Assembly (NCBI GenBank): GCA_038821645.1
Contig: JAWBDT010000005.1
Location: forward strand, 26,182 to 90,181
Length of the DNA stretch: 64,000 nucleotides
Reading direction: 5' to 3'
From: Ignisphaera sp.
GTDB lineage: Archaea > Thermoproteota > Thermoprotei_A > Sulfolobales > Ignisphaeraceae
A model generated the notes under the pieces. It had not been told where the DNA came from and made no database searches. It saw only the letters and a program-made list of their open reading frames with translations. The position numbers were made by a program, and so were the translations under genes. This document shows positions 52,136 to 61,744 of this stretch, in pieces (within the stretch, counting starts at the first letter, position 1; each line of letters begins with the position of its first letter).

Positions 52136-52714
52136 ATGATTAAGATATATGTGGTAACGAAAGGAGAAGACAACCCAGATATGTGTACAGGTGAAAAGCT
52201 GATTAGGAGGGGGTTAGCCAAGCGATTAACAAACTTGAGACAGTTACCGGATTGTGCAATTGTGTTAAATCCTTTTGCTTATACGTATATTAAATATAGT
52301 GATAGAATATTGTTAGAGAAATGTGGTTTAGTAGCTATAGATGTTTCATGGAAAAGAGGTATAAAGTTCTTGAAGATCATGAAGAGGGGGGTTCATAGAG
52401 TTCTACCTGTGCTTATAGCAGCCAATCCTACAAACTATGGCAAACCATTCAAACTTAGTACAGTAGAAGCTATTGCTGGAGCTCTATACATAACGGGCTA
52501 TAGTGATTATGCAGATACAATATTGAAGCATTTTAGATGGGGAGAACAATTTATAGAGATTAATAGAGCTAAGCTAGAGAAATACTCACAAGCTGAGAAT
52601 GATGAAGAGATCGAGATTATACAGATGGAGCTATTGGGTATAGATAGAAACGTGTTGAAAGGTTTAAAACTTATAGACATACTACATAGAATGATTACAC
52701 AAGAAATCTCATAG
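52136..52714 (+). CDS. tsr3: 16S rRNA aminocarboxypropyltransferase Tsr3
   Basis: DNPDMCTGEKL, AIDVSW, LPVLIAANPTNYGKPFKLSTVEA, FRWG. Confidence 0.93.
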   Translation: MIKIYVVTKGEDNPDMCTGEKLIRRGLAKRLTNLRQLPDCAIVLNPFAYTYIKYSDRILLEKCGLVAIDVSWKRGIKFLKIMKRGVHRVLPVLIAANPTNYGKPFKLSTVEAIAGALYITGYSDYADTILKHFRWGEQFIEINRAKLEKYSQAENDEEIEIIQMELLGIDRNVLKGLKLIDILHRMITQEIS

Positions 52715-52785
52715 AAACCAATAGATATTGTTAACAGTAAAATTAAGTAAAGCTTAATTTCTGTCTTCTACTACTGCACATGACA

Positions 52786-52859
52786 GGGCCCGTCGTCTAG
52801 CCTGGTAGGACGCCGCCCTCACGAGGCGGAGGTCCGGGGTTCGAATCCCCGCGGGCCCA
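52786..52859 (+). tRNA. tRNA-Val(CAC)
   Basis: GGGCCCG acceptor stem, anticodon arm CCGCC-CTCACGA-GGCGG, GGTTCGAATCC; no intron. Confidence 0.97.
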
Positions 52860-53076
52860 TTAACTATGCTGTATATGAATGATTTCTACTCCTCTACATA
52901 TAGATAAGGTTTTATTGTATTATCATAGACTTAGAGAAACAATACATCTTTAATCACTCTTTCTATCGCTATATGTTATGATGTTTGTAGAATAGAATTG
53001 AAGTAACTTGGTTAGTTATAAAGATATTTTGTATAAAATTTATACAAGCTTATATTTTCGGTCTACATGGAAGTAG

Positions 53077-53298
53077 ATGGTGCTAGAGAATATGAGTAGC
53101 TCGACAGTACTATTACCTATATTTGAGCCAGCAGTTATAAGGTTGTGTTCAAGTTGCAAGAAGACTATAGAACCTCATGAGAAAGCTGTAAGCTTTAAGT
53201 GTCCTAGTTGTGGTGCAGTAACTATCTGGAGATGTCAGAGGTGTAGAAGTCTTTCATTACCATACAAATGTCCTAATTGTGGATTTGAAGGTCCTTAG
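53077..53298 (+). CDS. Zn-ribbon protein (DUF1610/HVO_2753 family)
   Basis: Four CxxC pairs ending YKCPNCGFEGP; upstream of EF-1beta. Confidence 0.9.
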   Translation: MVLENMSSSTVLLPIFEPAVIRLCSSCKKTIEPHEKAVSFKCPSCGAVTIWRCQRCRSLSLPYKCPNCGFEGP

Positions 53299-53308
53299 GT
53301 GAAGCCAC

Positions 53309-53590
53309 ATGCCTGCAATGGTTTTAGCAGTCATTAGGGCATATCCAAAAGAACTTATGGACAACATGTCACAACTTGTTGCAAAAGTACAAGATGTCCT
53401 GAAAGAGAAGGGATATGACTTACTGAAATGGGAAGCTGTAGATATAGCGTTTGGATACAAAGCTGTAGATCTCTATGTAATGATGCCTGAGGAACAAGAA
53501 AGAGGAACAGAGGATGCTGAAGAAGCTATTAAATCTGTAGACGAGATAGATAATGTTGATGTAGTTTACGTAACAAGAATAAGTACATAA
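53309..53590 (+). CDS. ef1b: Translation elongation factor aEF-1 beta
   Basis: DIAFGYKA...GTEDAEEAI...V. Confidence 0.9.
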   Translation: MPAMVLAVIRAYPKELMDNMSQLVAKVQDVLKEKGYDLLKWEAVDIAFGYKAVDLYVMMPEEQERGTEDAEEAIKSVDEIDNVDVVYVTRIST

Positions 53591-53603
53591 GGGCAATACA
53601 TAC

Positions 53604-53825
53604 TTGTTCTTTAGAAGAAAAATAGATTTCAAAATTCTTGAATACTTGAAAGCGAAGGGTAAAGCTACAGATAGAGAGCTATATGATGCTCTATCAAAAG
53701 AATTCAACATTTCATACAATCAATTACTATCCATAATAATGCAATTAGAAATAGAGGGCTTTATTAGTGTTGTTTTTAGTAGAGACTACATGACTATAAT
53801 GCTCAAAAGGATTTTAAATACTTAA
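53604..53825 (+). CDS. Small winged-helix protein
   Basis: ILEYLK...TDRELY...LMQLEIEGFISV-type wHTH pattern. Confidence 0.65.
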   Translation: MFFRRKIDFKILEYLKAKGKATDRELYDALSKEFNISYNQLLSIIMQLEIEGFISVVFSRDYMTIMLKRILNT

Positions 53826-53877
53826 GCATCATAAAAATATAGAAACTCTTGTTAGTTAACTAGTACTGGTTGTATCT

Positions 53878-54942
53878 ATGGGTGTGAACCTAAAGGATAT
53901 AATACCTTCTTCGTGTCGTCAAGAAGTAGATGACCTAAAGGCTTTGGCTCAAAGGGTTATAGCACTTGATGCATATAATGCTCTATATCAATTCTTAGCC
54001 GCAATAAGACAACCAGATGGAACTCCGCTTATGGATAGCAAAGGTAATGTAACAAGCCATTTAAGTGGTCTCTTCTATAGAACTATAAACCTTATGGAAT
54101 ACGGTATAAAACCTATCTATGTATTTGATGGAAAACCTCCGGAACTTAAGAGAGAAGAACTTGAGAGGCGACGCACAAGAAAAGAAAAAGCGTTGGAAAT
54201 GGCTGTAAAAGCATATAGCGAAGGATTAAAGAAAGAAGCAGCTAAATACGCTGTTCAAGCACTATACCTTACAGAACCAATGGTACGTAATGCGAAAAAG
54301 CTTTTAGAGGCTATGGGTGTACCATACGTTGAAGCTATAGGTGAAGGTGAAGCTCAAGCTGCCTATATAGCTAAAAAGGGATTGGCATGGGGTACAGGTA
54401 GCCAAGATTATGATTCACTACTTTTTGGTGCACCTAGGCTTGTAAGGAATCTCACTATTACTGGTAAAAGAAAGCTTCCAGGAAAAGATATATACGTAGA
54501 GATAAAGGTTGAGGTAATAGAGTTAGATAAGTTGTTAAAGGCGTTGAGCATTACTAGAGAACAGTTAATAGATGTGGCTATACTCATAGGTACAGACTAT
54601 AATCCTGATGGTGTAGAAGGTATAGGTCCAAAGACAGCTCTTCAGTTAATTAAAAGTCATGGAACAATAGAAAAAGTAATCAAATTGTTACAAAATCCAC
54701 AATTTCCTGAAGATCCTTTAAAGATAAGAGAGTATTTTCTTAATCCACCTGTGGTAGACATACATGACATAGAGTGGAGGGAACCTGACAAACAAGCTGT
54801 TATAGAGATATTGGTTAAAGAACATGATTTCTCTATAGATAGAGTTGAAAATGGATTAAAGAGGTTAGAGAAAGCATATAAAGAATACATTAGAGGTACT
54901 AAAGCCACCTTAGATCAATGGTTTATTGCTTCGAAAAAGTAG
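53878..54942 (+). CDS. fen: Flap endonuclease 1
   Basis: DAYNALYQFL, TSHLSGLFYRT, EGEAQAA, SQDYDSLLFG, GTDYN, C-terminal PIP-like KATLDQWF. Confidence 0.97.
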   Translation: MGVNLKDIIPSSCRQEVDDLKALAQRVIALDAYNALYQFLAAIRQPDGTPLMDSKGNVTSHLSGLFYRTINLMEYGIKPIYVFDGKPPELKREELERRRTRKEKALEMAVKAYSEGLKKEAAKYAVQALYLTEPMVRNAKKLLEAMGVPYVEAIGEGEAQAAYIAKKGLAWGTGSQDYDSLLFGAPRLVRNLTITGKRKLPGKDIYVEIKVEVIELDKLLKALSITREQLIDVAILIGTDYNPDGVEGIGPKTALQLIKSHGTIEKVIKLLQNPQFPEDPLKIREYFLNPPVVDIHDIEWREPDKQAVIEILVKEHDFSIDRVENGLKRLEKAYKEYIRGTKATLDQWFIASKK

Positions 54943-54970
54943 AGCAAGAATTAAATAAATTTTCTGAACC

Positions 54971-55534
54971 TTAGTAGCTAATCTTTATTCTATAAATCTC
55001 ATTGTATATCGTACTAAGGAGTGTTTCGATCTCACTTGTTTTAAGTGGTAATAGTTTTGCATCTGATTTAGGTATTCTAACTATATGTTGAACTGAGCCA
55101 TCGGGAGTCCATACACTATCTATTCCCTGTATGCGGGCAGGAGATATGAGTTGTGCTATAAATGTCTTAGGATCAGCTGTTCTTTGAATAATTCTTACCC
55201 GCATACCTATTCTCTCACTTAATGTCTTTCCAAGCCTTATTATTGCAGATCTAGGTGTATCTTCTTGAAGTTCCAGAACTATTATCAGTAATGAATCTAT
55301 CTTATAGCTTTTTACATAACTCGAGTTCTTCAGAAACTTAAAGTTACCTTCATTCTCTATATCAAGAAGATGCTTCATAACCTCTACCTCAAATTCCGAG
55401 TGTTCCCCACTTTCAACTATTCTTCTACATCTAGGGCACAAGACACCGCTTCTTATACAGATACTGTCCAATGGTATTCTCATACTGTTACTGTCCCTCA
55501 GCAAATCTGTGTCCATTTCTAGTTTGTTTTTCAT
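54971..55534 (-). CDS. NusA-like KH-domain protein with N-terminal CxxxxxLCPRC
   Basis: [19 protein letters not shown]...WTPDGS. Confidence 0.75.
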   Translation of the reverse strand: MKNKLEMDTDLLRDSNSMRIPLDSICIRSGVLCPRCRRIVESGEHSEFEVEVMKHLLDIENEGNFKFLKNSSYVKSYKIDSLLIIVLELQEDTPRSAIIRLGKTLSERIGMRVRIIQRTADPKTFIAQLISPARIQGIDSVWTPDGSVQHIVRIPKSDAKLLPLKTSEIETLLSTIYNEIYRIKISY

Positions 55535-55621
55535 TTAAGCCTTTACAACCGTTCAGCTTATAAATTTAAGTATTCTTTTTACCGTCCATATGTATGGGTC
55601 TGTAAATATCTGGTGAACAAT

Positions 55622-55789
55622 ATGCCTCTAGCTGATCCTGAACTAGCAAAAATCGTAGAAAAGAGGCTCCTAGACAAAAAAGTATGTAGGAGGTGTGGAG
55701 CATTAAATCCCCCAACAGCTACACGTTGTAGGAGATGCAGAAGCGATAATCTAAGGCCTAAGAAGAAAGCTGTTGCCATGAAGAAGTAA
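55622..55789 (+). CDS. rpl40e: 50S ribosomal protein L40e
   Basis: Not in ORF track (55 aa): [31 protein letters not shown]. Confidence 0.96.
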   Translation: MPLADPELAKIVEKRLLDKKVCRRCGALNPPTATRCRRCRSDNLRPKKKAVAMKK

Positions 55790-55808
55790 AGCTGTATAAA
55801 GGTGTATC

Positions 55809-56375
55809 ATAACGTATACTATTAAACATGTTGCAAAGGTTTTAAAGCAACTAAAGGATGTAGGTATAGAGGGTATAATTATAGGAAGTACATGTCTGTC
55901 TATAGCTCTAGGTAATATTGATATTGAAGGAGATATAGATCTATTTACAACATCTATAAGCCCTTTCTTTGATGAAGAAAGGATAAGACAGATAGCTTAT
56001 CAGAAGGGATGGTCTACTGGTACCACAGAGCTTGGTACACCATCTATAATACTTAATGTTGAAGGAATAGACATAACTGTAGAGCTGTATGAGAACATTC
56101 TTGATTTCTATATACCTTCAGAATCTATAGACATTTGCCGACAGAGTATAGAAGTAGATGGAACTGAGATTACATATGTTGCAGTAGAGTGCTGGATTGT
56201 TTTTAAAGCTAGAAGAGGATCTGATAGAGATATACTATCACTTTCAACTATTAAACAGTTTGTAGATGAAGGCGTGCTACCTATAAACAAAACACTTTTA
56301 GAAAAGATGATCGAACTATATGAAGATGATAAAAGGTACATATATAACAGGTTAAAGAACCTGAACTTGATTTAA
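55809..56375 (+). CDS. Nucleotidyltransferase (DUF2204-like, Pol beta superfamily), apparent ATA start
   Basis: Not in ORF track. 188-codon open frame with IIGST...GDIDLF NTase motif, ELYENILDF and FKARRG; in-frame TAA at 55797; AGGTG RBS 4 nt before ATA. Confidence 0.85.
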   Translation: MTYTIKHVAKVLKQLKDVGIEGIIIGSTCLSIALGNIDIEGDIDLFTTSISPFFDEERIRQIAYQKGWSTGTTELGTPSIILNVEGIDITVELYENILDFYIPSESIDICRQSIEVDGTEITYVAVECWIVFKARRGSDRDILSLSTIKQFVDEGVLPINKTLLEKMIELYEDDKRYIYNRLKNLNLI

Positions 56376-56492
56376 CCTAGACTAATCAAGACACAAGATC
56401 TAATCCTTACACTAGTTTCTTTAAGCATTGTTCTAGAAGCAAAGACCTCTTTCTAGAATACATTAGGTGGTATAGTGAGATTATGGTAAGCT

Positions 56493-57482
56493 ATGGTTAA
56501 TGAGGATATACATATTTGTAGATGGCTTAGATATATTATCAATAGGTGGTTAGTGATGAAGGAGAGGGTAAAGGATGTAAGATTATGGAAAGACATGAGT
56601 TTAGAAGATTTGATTAAAGTTTATGGCGATATACATGGATTCATGGCTGGTCATCTCTATGAGGCAATAGATGTTGTGAAAGAGATTGTCAGAAAATGTG
56701 ATATAAGATTTTTAAGTTTCACAGGTAATCTTGTTGCTACAGGTCTCAGAGGTATCTTAGCTCAAATTATAGAGAATAGATTATTTAACGTTATTGTAAC
56801 TACTTGTGGAGCTATAGATCATGATATAGCTAAAAGTTTTGGTGGTATGTATAGTAAGGGGTTTTTTGATGCTGATGATGTTCAGCTTCGTCGTGAGGGT
56901 ATACATAGACTAGGTAATGTGTTTATACCTATGGAAAGTTATGGACCACTCATAGAGAGTGTTGTTAGAGATGTACTTAATGAAATAAGCAGAAGTATTC
57001 CTAATAAAGTTTGGAGTATACGTGAAATTTTACAAGAATTAGGTAAAAGGATTCTTGATGAGAACTCTATACTTAGAGCATCATATAGAGCTAATGTACC
57101 TATCTTTGTTCCAGGATTTCTCGATGGTGCCTTTGGTACAGCATTGTTCATGTTTAAGCAATTCAATGATCTTAAGGTAGATGTCTTCTTGGATGAGAAA
57201 GAACTTGCAGATATAGTGTTTAGTGCTAAGTCTATTGGAGCTTTAATTGTTGGTGGAGGTATAAGTAAGCATCATACGTTGTGGTGGGCTCAATTCAGAG
57301 AAGGTCTAGATTATGTAGTATATATATCTACAGCTATAGAATGGGATGGCTCGCTTAGTGGTGCTAGACCTAAAGAGGCTATTACATGGGGTAAGCTAAA
57401 GGATAGATCTAGACATGTATTTGTATATGGAGATGCATCTATAATCCTGCCTATAATAGCGTATAGTGTACTATTTACATAG
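56493..57482 (+). CDS. dys: Deoxyhypusine synthase
   Basis: TGNLVATGLRG, GGGISKHH, DGSLSGARPKEAITWGK; true start likely MKERV. Confidence 0.96.
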   Translation: MVNEDIHICRWLRYIINRWLVMKERVKDVRLWKDMSLEDLIKVYGDIHGFMAGHLYEAIDVVKEIVRKCDIRFLSFTGNLVATGLRGILAQIIENRLFNVIVTTCGAIDHDIAKSFGGMYSKGFFDADDVQLRREGIHRLGNVFIPMESYGPLIESVVRDVLNEISRSIPNKVWSIREILQELGKRILDENSILRASYRANVPIFVPGFLDGAFGTALFMFKQFNDLKVDVFLDEKELADIVFSAKSIGALIVGGGISKHHTLWWAQFREGLDYVVYISTAIEWDGSLSGARPKEAITWGKLKDRSRHVFVYGDASIILPIIAYSVLFT

Positions 57483-57611
57483 CAGTAGAGAAGTTATCTA
57501 CGTGAAGCTTAATAACTGTGGCTATATATAGCGATATTTATAGGTAAGTGAAGAGCTATAGCTATGTATATAGGATTAGTGTAGCACTCTCTATGTGAGG
57601 AGTAATAGAAG

Positions 57612-59198
57612 ATGGGCATAGGTACAGAGAAGTTTAGGAGTATAAGTCCGGCAGAGTTCTTCTATAGAAACAAAGAGATAGCTGGGTTTGCGAATCCAGC
57701 TAGAGCTATGTATCAATCTGTTAGAGAGCTTGTGGAAAATGCTCTAGATGCTACAGATGGCCATGGTATACTACCTAATGTAGAGATATCGATAGAGGCT
57801 CATCCAGAGAAAGCGTCTGCCTATAGAATAACTGTGAAAGATAATGGTATAGGTATACCAGCTGAATACATACCTGATGCATTTGGTAGAGTTCTTTTTA
57901 GCTCTAAATATGTTCTAAGACAGACTAGAGGTCTTTTTGGTTTAGGTGCGAAAATGGTTGTTCTCTATGGTCAGATAACTGTTGGAGAACCTACAGAAAT
58001 TATTTCAGCAACTATAGGGTCAAAGAAGGTGTATATGTATAGAGTAGCTATAGATGTAAAAGAGAATAAACCTATAGTTCTGTATAAAGCTGTATGGCCT
58101 AATAGCTCAGATTGGCATGGAACTATAGTTAAGGTTGCTATAGAGGGTGATTGGGGTAGAGCTAAACAGAGAGTTATAGACTATGTGAGAAGAACAGCTA
58201 TAGTTGCTCCCTATGCCAACATAGTCATGAAAACACCTGATGATGAAGTCTATATATATCCAAGAGCTGTAGAGATAGTTCCTCCTCCACCTAGAGAAGT
58301 CAAGCCTCATCCACATGGTGTTGATATAGAGATGCTTAAGTCAATGATTGATGATACTAAAGCAGAGACAATTATAGAGTTTCTCTCGACAGAGTTTCAG
58401 GGAGTTGGGGAGGTAACAGCTCAAAGGTTTCTGCAACTCTATGGTTTTGATCCTTTAAAGAAGGTTAAAGAACTTACTCAAGAAGAAATTGAACAGTTAG
58501 TTAAAGCATTGAAAGAATTTACAGAGTTTAAGAAGCCTAGAGCAGATCATTTATCGCCTATAGGTGCAGATTTGATAAAGATAGGTTTAAGAGAAACACT
58601 TAGACCAGAGTTTGTAGAAGCTATTACAAGAAAACCTGTAGTATATGAAGGTCATGCTATAATAGTTGAAGTAGGCATAGGATATGGAGGAGCTATACCT
58701 GTATCAGATCAACCTATTCTGCTTAGATATGCTAATAAGATACCTTTGCTATATGATGAGAAAAGCGATGTAGCATGGAAAGTTGTTTCAGAGAACATAG
58801 ATTGGAACTACTATGAGTTAGAGTTTCCTGCACCAATAGCTATTCTTGTGCATATCTGTGGAACAAAAATACCATATAAAGGTGTTGGAAAGGAGAGTAT
58901 AGCTGATGTACCTGTTATAGAGCATGAGGTAGAGGAAGGTGTGAGATATGTTGCTAGAGCCTTGAAGCTTTATCTATCTCGAAAACAGAGAGAAGAAGAG
59001 GCTCTAAGGAAAGCATTCACTATAATAAAGTACATACCTGAGGTAGCATCTTCCTTAAGCGTTTTTGCTATGGCAAATCCTGTTAAAATCGATCCCTCTA
59101 CTATTGAGAATAAGTTGTTTGAAATGGTTAAATCTAGATATGGTGAAGCTCTGAAATCTGTATCATCAGTTAGAGATGTGGTTCTAAATACAGAATAG
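57612..59198 (+). CDS. top6B: DNA topoisomerase VI subunit B
   Basis: RELVENALDA, DNGIGI, QTRGLFGLG, RYANKIPL, GKESIA. Confidence 0.97.
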   Translation: MGIGTEKFRSISPAEFFYRNKEIAGFANPARAMYQSVRELVENALDATDGHGILPNVEISIEAHPEKASAYRITVKDNGIGIPAEYIPDAFGRVLFSSKYVLRQTRGLFGLGAKMVVLYGQITVGEPTEIISATIGSKKVYMYRVAIDVKENKPIVLYKAVWPNSSDWHGTIVKVAIEGDWGRAKQRVIDYVRRTAIVAPYANIVMKTPDDEVYIYPRAVEIVPPPPREVKPHPHGVDIEMLKSMIDDTKAETIIEFLSTEFQGVGEVTAQRFLQLYGFDPLKKVKELTQEEIEQLVKALKEFTEFKKPRADHLSPIGADLIKIGLRETLRPEFVEAITRKPVVYEGHAIIVEVGIGYGGAIPVSDQPILLRYANKIPLLYDEKSDVAWKVVSENIDWNYYELEFPAPIAILVHICGTKIPYKGVGKESIADVPVIEHEVEEGVRYVARALKLYLSRKQREEEALRKAFTIIKYIPEVASSLSVFAMANPVKIDPSTIENKLFEMVKSRYGEALKSVSSVRDVVLNTE

Positions 59199-59199
59199 G

Positions 59200-60375
59200 G
59201 TGGTGTTTGTGTCGAGTCTTCACTATTCATCTAAGGTTGATCAAAAAGCAAGACTTTTAGCTGCTGAAAAACTTAAATCACATTTCGAGAAGCTTGTTAA
59301 AGCTATAATTGATGGTGAAGAACCTAAACTGATAATACCTAAAAGAACTTTATCGAACACCATATTTGATAGCAAGAGAAAGCTCTTGCTTCTAGGTTCA
59401 GAAGTTTTTGAGAGAAGATTTCTCGATGTTCATGAAGCTAGAAAGTTTATGCAGACCCTGCTTATGGGCAAGATAATATACGAGGCTTTAATCAATAACG
59501 AGTATCCAACGATAAGAGATCTCTACTATAGAGGTAAGCACACGATACGTTATAAGTCGTATAAAGGTAAGATTGAGGAGGAGAATACATGGGATGAACA
59601 GAAAGAAAGTGATTCAGTTTTAAGAGATATAGAGGTTTATGCAGATCTACTTAGAGAAGATATGCTTATACTAAGCAAAGAGAAGGGTAAAGTTGTGGGG
59701 GATATGAGGATAAGGTCTGGTGATGATGTTATAGATCTCAGCAAGATGGGTCATGGTGCATACGCCATAGAGCCTACACCAGACTTGATAGAGTTTGTTG
59801 ATGTAGATGCAGAATTTGTTTTGGTTGTAGAGAAGGATGCTGTTTTCCAGCAGCTTCATAGAGCAGGATTCTGGAGGAAGTATAGAGCTATACTGATAAC
59901 GAGTGCAGGTCAACCAGATAGAGCTACAAGAAGATTTGTTCGTAGACTAAATGAAGAGTTAAAGCTACCTGTATTCATATTAACTGATGCAGATCCCTAC
60001 GGATGGTACATATATAGCGTCTTCAGAATAGGCTCTATAACCTTGTCCTATGAGTCTGAAAGATTAGCAACACCAGAAGCAAAATTCTTAGGTGTAAGCA
60101 TGACAGATATCTTTGGGGAAAAAGGTAAGAAGCCGTATCTAAGTGAGTCAGAGAGAAGAAACTTCATAATAAAAGCAAAGAAAACAGATATAAAGAGAGC
60201 ACAAGAACTCTTGAACTATGAATGGTTTAAAACCGAGAAATGGGTAAAAGAGATAAATCTATTTCTAGAGAAACAGAGCAAACTAGAAATAGAGGCACTC
60301 ACAGGTAAAGGTCTATACTTCCTCATAGACACCTACATACCAACAAAAATACAGACTAAAGATTTCATAGAATAA
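59200..60375 (+). CDS. top6A: DNA topoisomerase VI subunit A
   Basis: TIRDLYYRGKH, VVEKDAVF, GQPDRATR, TDADPYG. Confidence 0.97.
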   Translation: MVFVSSLHYSSKVDQKARLLAAEKLKSHFEKLVKAIIDGEEPKLIIPKRTLSNTIFDSKRKLLLLGSEVFERRFLDVHEARKFMQTLLMGKIIYEALINNEYPTIRDLYYRGKHTIRYKSYKGKIEEENTWDEQKESDSVLRDIEVYADLLREDMLILSKEKGKVVGDMRIRSGDDVIDLSKMGHGAYAIEPTPDLIEFVDVDAEFVLVVEKDAVFQQLHRAGFWRKYRAILITSAGQPDRATRRFVRRLNEELKLPVFILTDADPYGWYIYSVFRIGSITLSYESERLATPEAKFLGVSMTDIFGEKGKKPYLSESERRNFIIKAKKTDIKRAQELLNYEWFKTEKWVKEINLFLEKQSKLEIEALTGKGLYFLIDTYIPTKIQTKDFIE

Positions 60376-60452
60376 TATTATATGAAGTAATACATTGATA
60401 CAAACTACATAAAGTTATAAAACCAGCTACATTAAACAAACTGTAGGGTAAA

Positions 60453-60541
60453 GCCGCCGTAGCTCAGCTGGGAGAGCGCCCGGCTGAAGAGAAAAGGTCC
60501 CAGGCACCGGGAAGTCGGGGGTTCAAGTCCCCCCGGCGGCA
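60453..60541 (+). tRNA. tRNA-Phe(GAA) with 16-nt intron at 37/38 (60490-60505)
   Basis: GCCGCCG acceptor stem; CCCGG-CTGAAG[intron]A-CCGGG; GGTTCAAGTCC. Confidence 0.92.
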
Positions 60542-60604
60542 TATATTCTTAAACTTAAAAGCTTCTGATACACAAACTATCTAGATGAATAAACAAAACT
60601 TTGA

Positions 60605-60717
60605 GCCGGGGTGGCCGAGAGGTCTAAGGCGGCGGGCTGCAGTAGAGCAAATATTCCGGCTTAAACCGCCTGTCGAGACCCGTTAATTCCCGGGTTCGAA
60701 TCCCGGCCCCGGCTCCA
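60605..60717 (+). tRNA. tRNA-Cys(GCA) with 35-nt intron at 37/38 (60643-60677), CCA encoded
   Basis: GCCGGGG/CCCCGGC acceptor stem, U73 discriminator, GCGGG-CTGCAG[intron]A-CCCGT. Confidence 0.9.
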
Positions 60718-60925
60718 ATTATTTATTGGAACTATCTGTATGCTTAATGCTGCTATAGAGAAGGAACTAGATCAAAACATACAGTATAGATATTATGGTT
60801 ATAGTAAGTGTGAGAATAGATATCTATATTATAGATTAAACATAGACATAGCTATGGTAATGAGGAAACTACAGTAGATCAAGAGACATCACTTCCCTCT
60901 TATTTGTATCAATTATTAAGTTTGA

Positions 60926-60999
60926 TGGGCCCGCGGGGATTCGAACCCCGGACCTCCGCCTCGTAAGGGCGGCGTCCTACCAGGCTAGACGACGGGCCC
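60926..60999 (-). tRNA. tRNA-Val(TAC)
   Basis: Reverse complement is identical to the tRNA-Val(CAC) at 52786 except the wobble base (CTTACGA loop). Confidence 0.97.
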
Positions 61000-61693
61000 G
61001 CTTAATAGCATCTATATAGGTATATCATAGAGTGTTTATTTATTTATGATCTACATTATCCTACACTTAGTTTGAGGATTTAAGTTTATCTGATCGTTAT
61101 AGCTAAATGTGTTGAAAACTCAACTAGATGTATTATTCCATAAATAATACATACTGTGGTAACTTAACAACACCAGTTAAAGATTGTTTATCTAAGGATG
61201 TGATGAATTCAGTAACTCTATCCAGTATACATTGATGACCTTAAGACCACAAAATATCAATGAAAACAATATCCTCTGTAAATGTTTTAACTGTTTTTAG
61301 CTACTGTGTGTAGGTGCCTCATATCAATGACAACTAGATAGCAATCAGGAGTGGAAAGATATACTTGTTCCTCAAGGACTTAGTGGTACCGATCTATGCA
61401 GTTCTCGATGTCCTTACGACGAGTGAACAGATGTTGAGGAGGAAACTTGTGGCAATAATATCCATATATAATACCCATGTTACTTAAAACATCTAGATAA
61501 ACCTAAATAAACAACACAAATATCCACATAGATCTATATACAGAAGAAAATATAAATTAATTGATTATATGTGCCTAGAGGTTATGACTAGAATAGTTAT
61601 TGAGTTCAGTTTTTATCAAATACCTAATTGTTTTTGTCTATGGATATACAGTAAAGCTTAAAGCTATGATATGTGTATAATGTTGATTAATAG

Positions 61694-61744
61694 ATGATGA
61701 GTTACACAGGCCTTGAGATTGATGATGTAGACTCCTTTATCTGA
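61694..61744 (+). ncRNA. Box C/D guide sRNA candidate
   Basis: C ATGATGA, guide GTTACACAGGCC, D' TTGA, C' ATGATGT, guide AGACTCCTTTAT, D CTGA; overlaps the stop of the convergent ORF. Confidence 0.7.

Noticed and set aside
2763-59913. Numerous 60-155 aa ORFs antisense to or nested in well-identified genes (e.g. 2763, 4984, 7743, 19412, 32702, 48263, 55579, 56108, 58970)
   Set aside because: Opposite-strand shadow ORFs with no motifs or RBS.
61199-61263. GTGATGA...TTGATGA pair resembling C and C' boxes
   Set aside because: No convincing D' or D boxes at the correct spacing; at best a decayed sRNA.
42100-61343. Shared 13-mer CAACTAGATAGCA in two intergenic regions (~42100 and ~61331)
   Set aside because: Only two copies, short and AT-rich; flanks do not extend into a recognisable element.
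61300-61490. Gene-like tract after tRNA-Val(TAC), considered as an integrase or PIN remnant
   Set aside because: Frames of ~50 codons or fewer, with no catalytic motifs and no tRNA-derived att repeat visible in the window.
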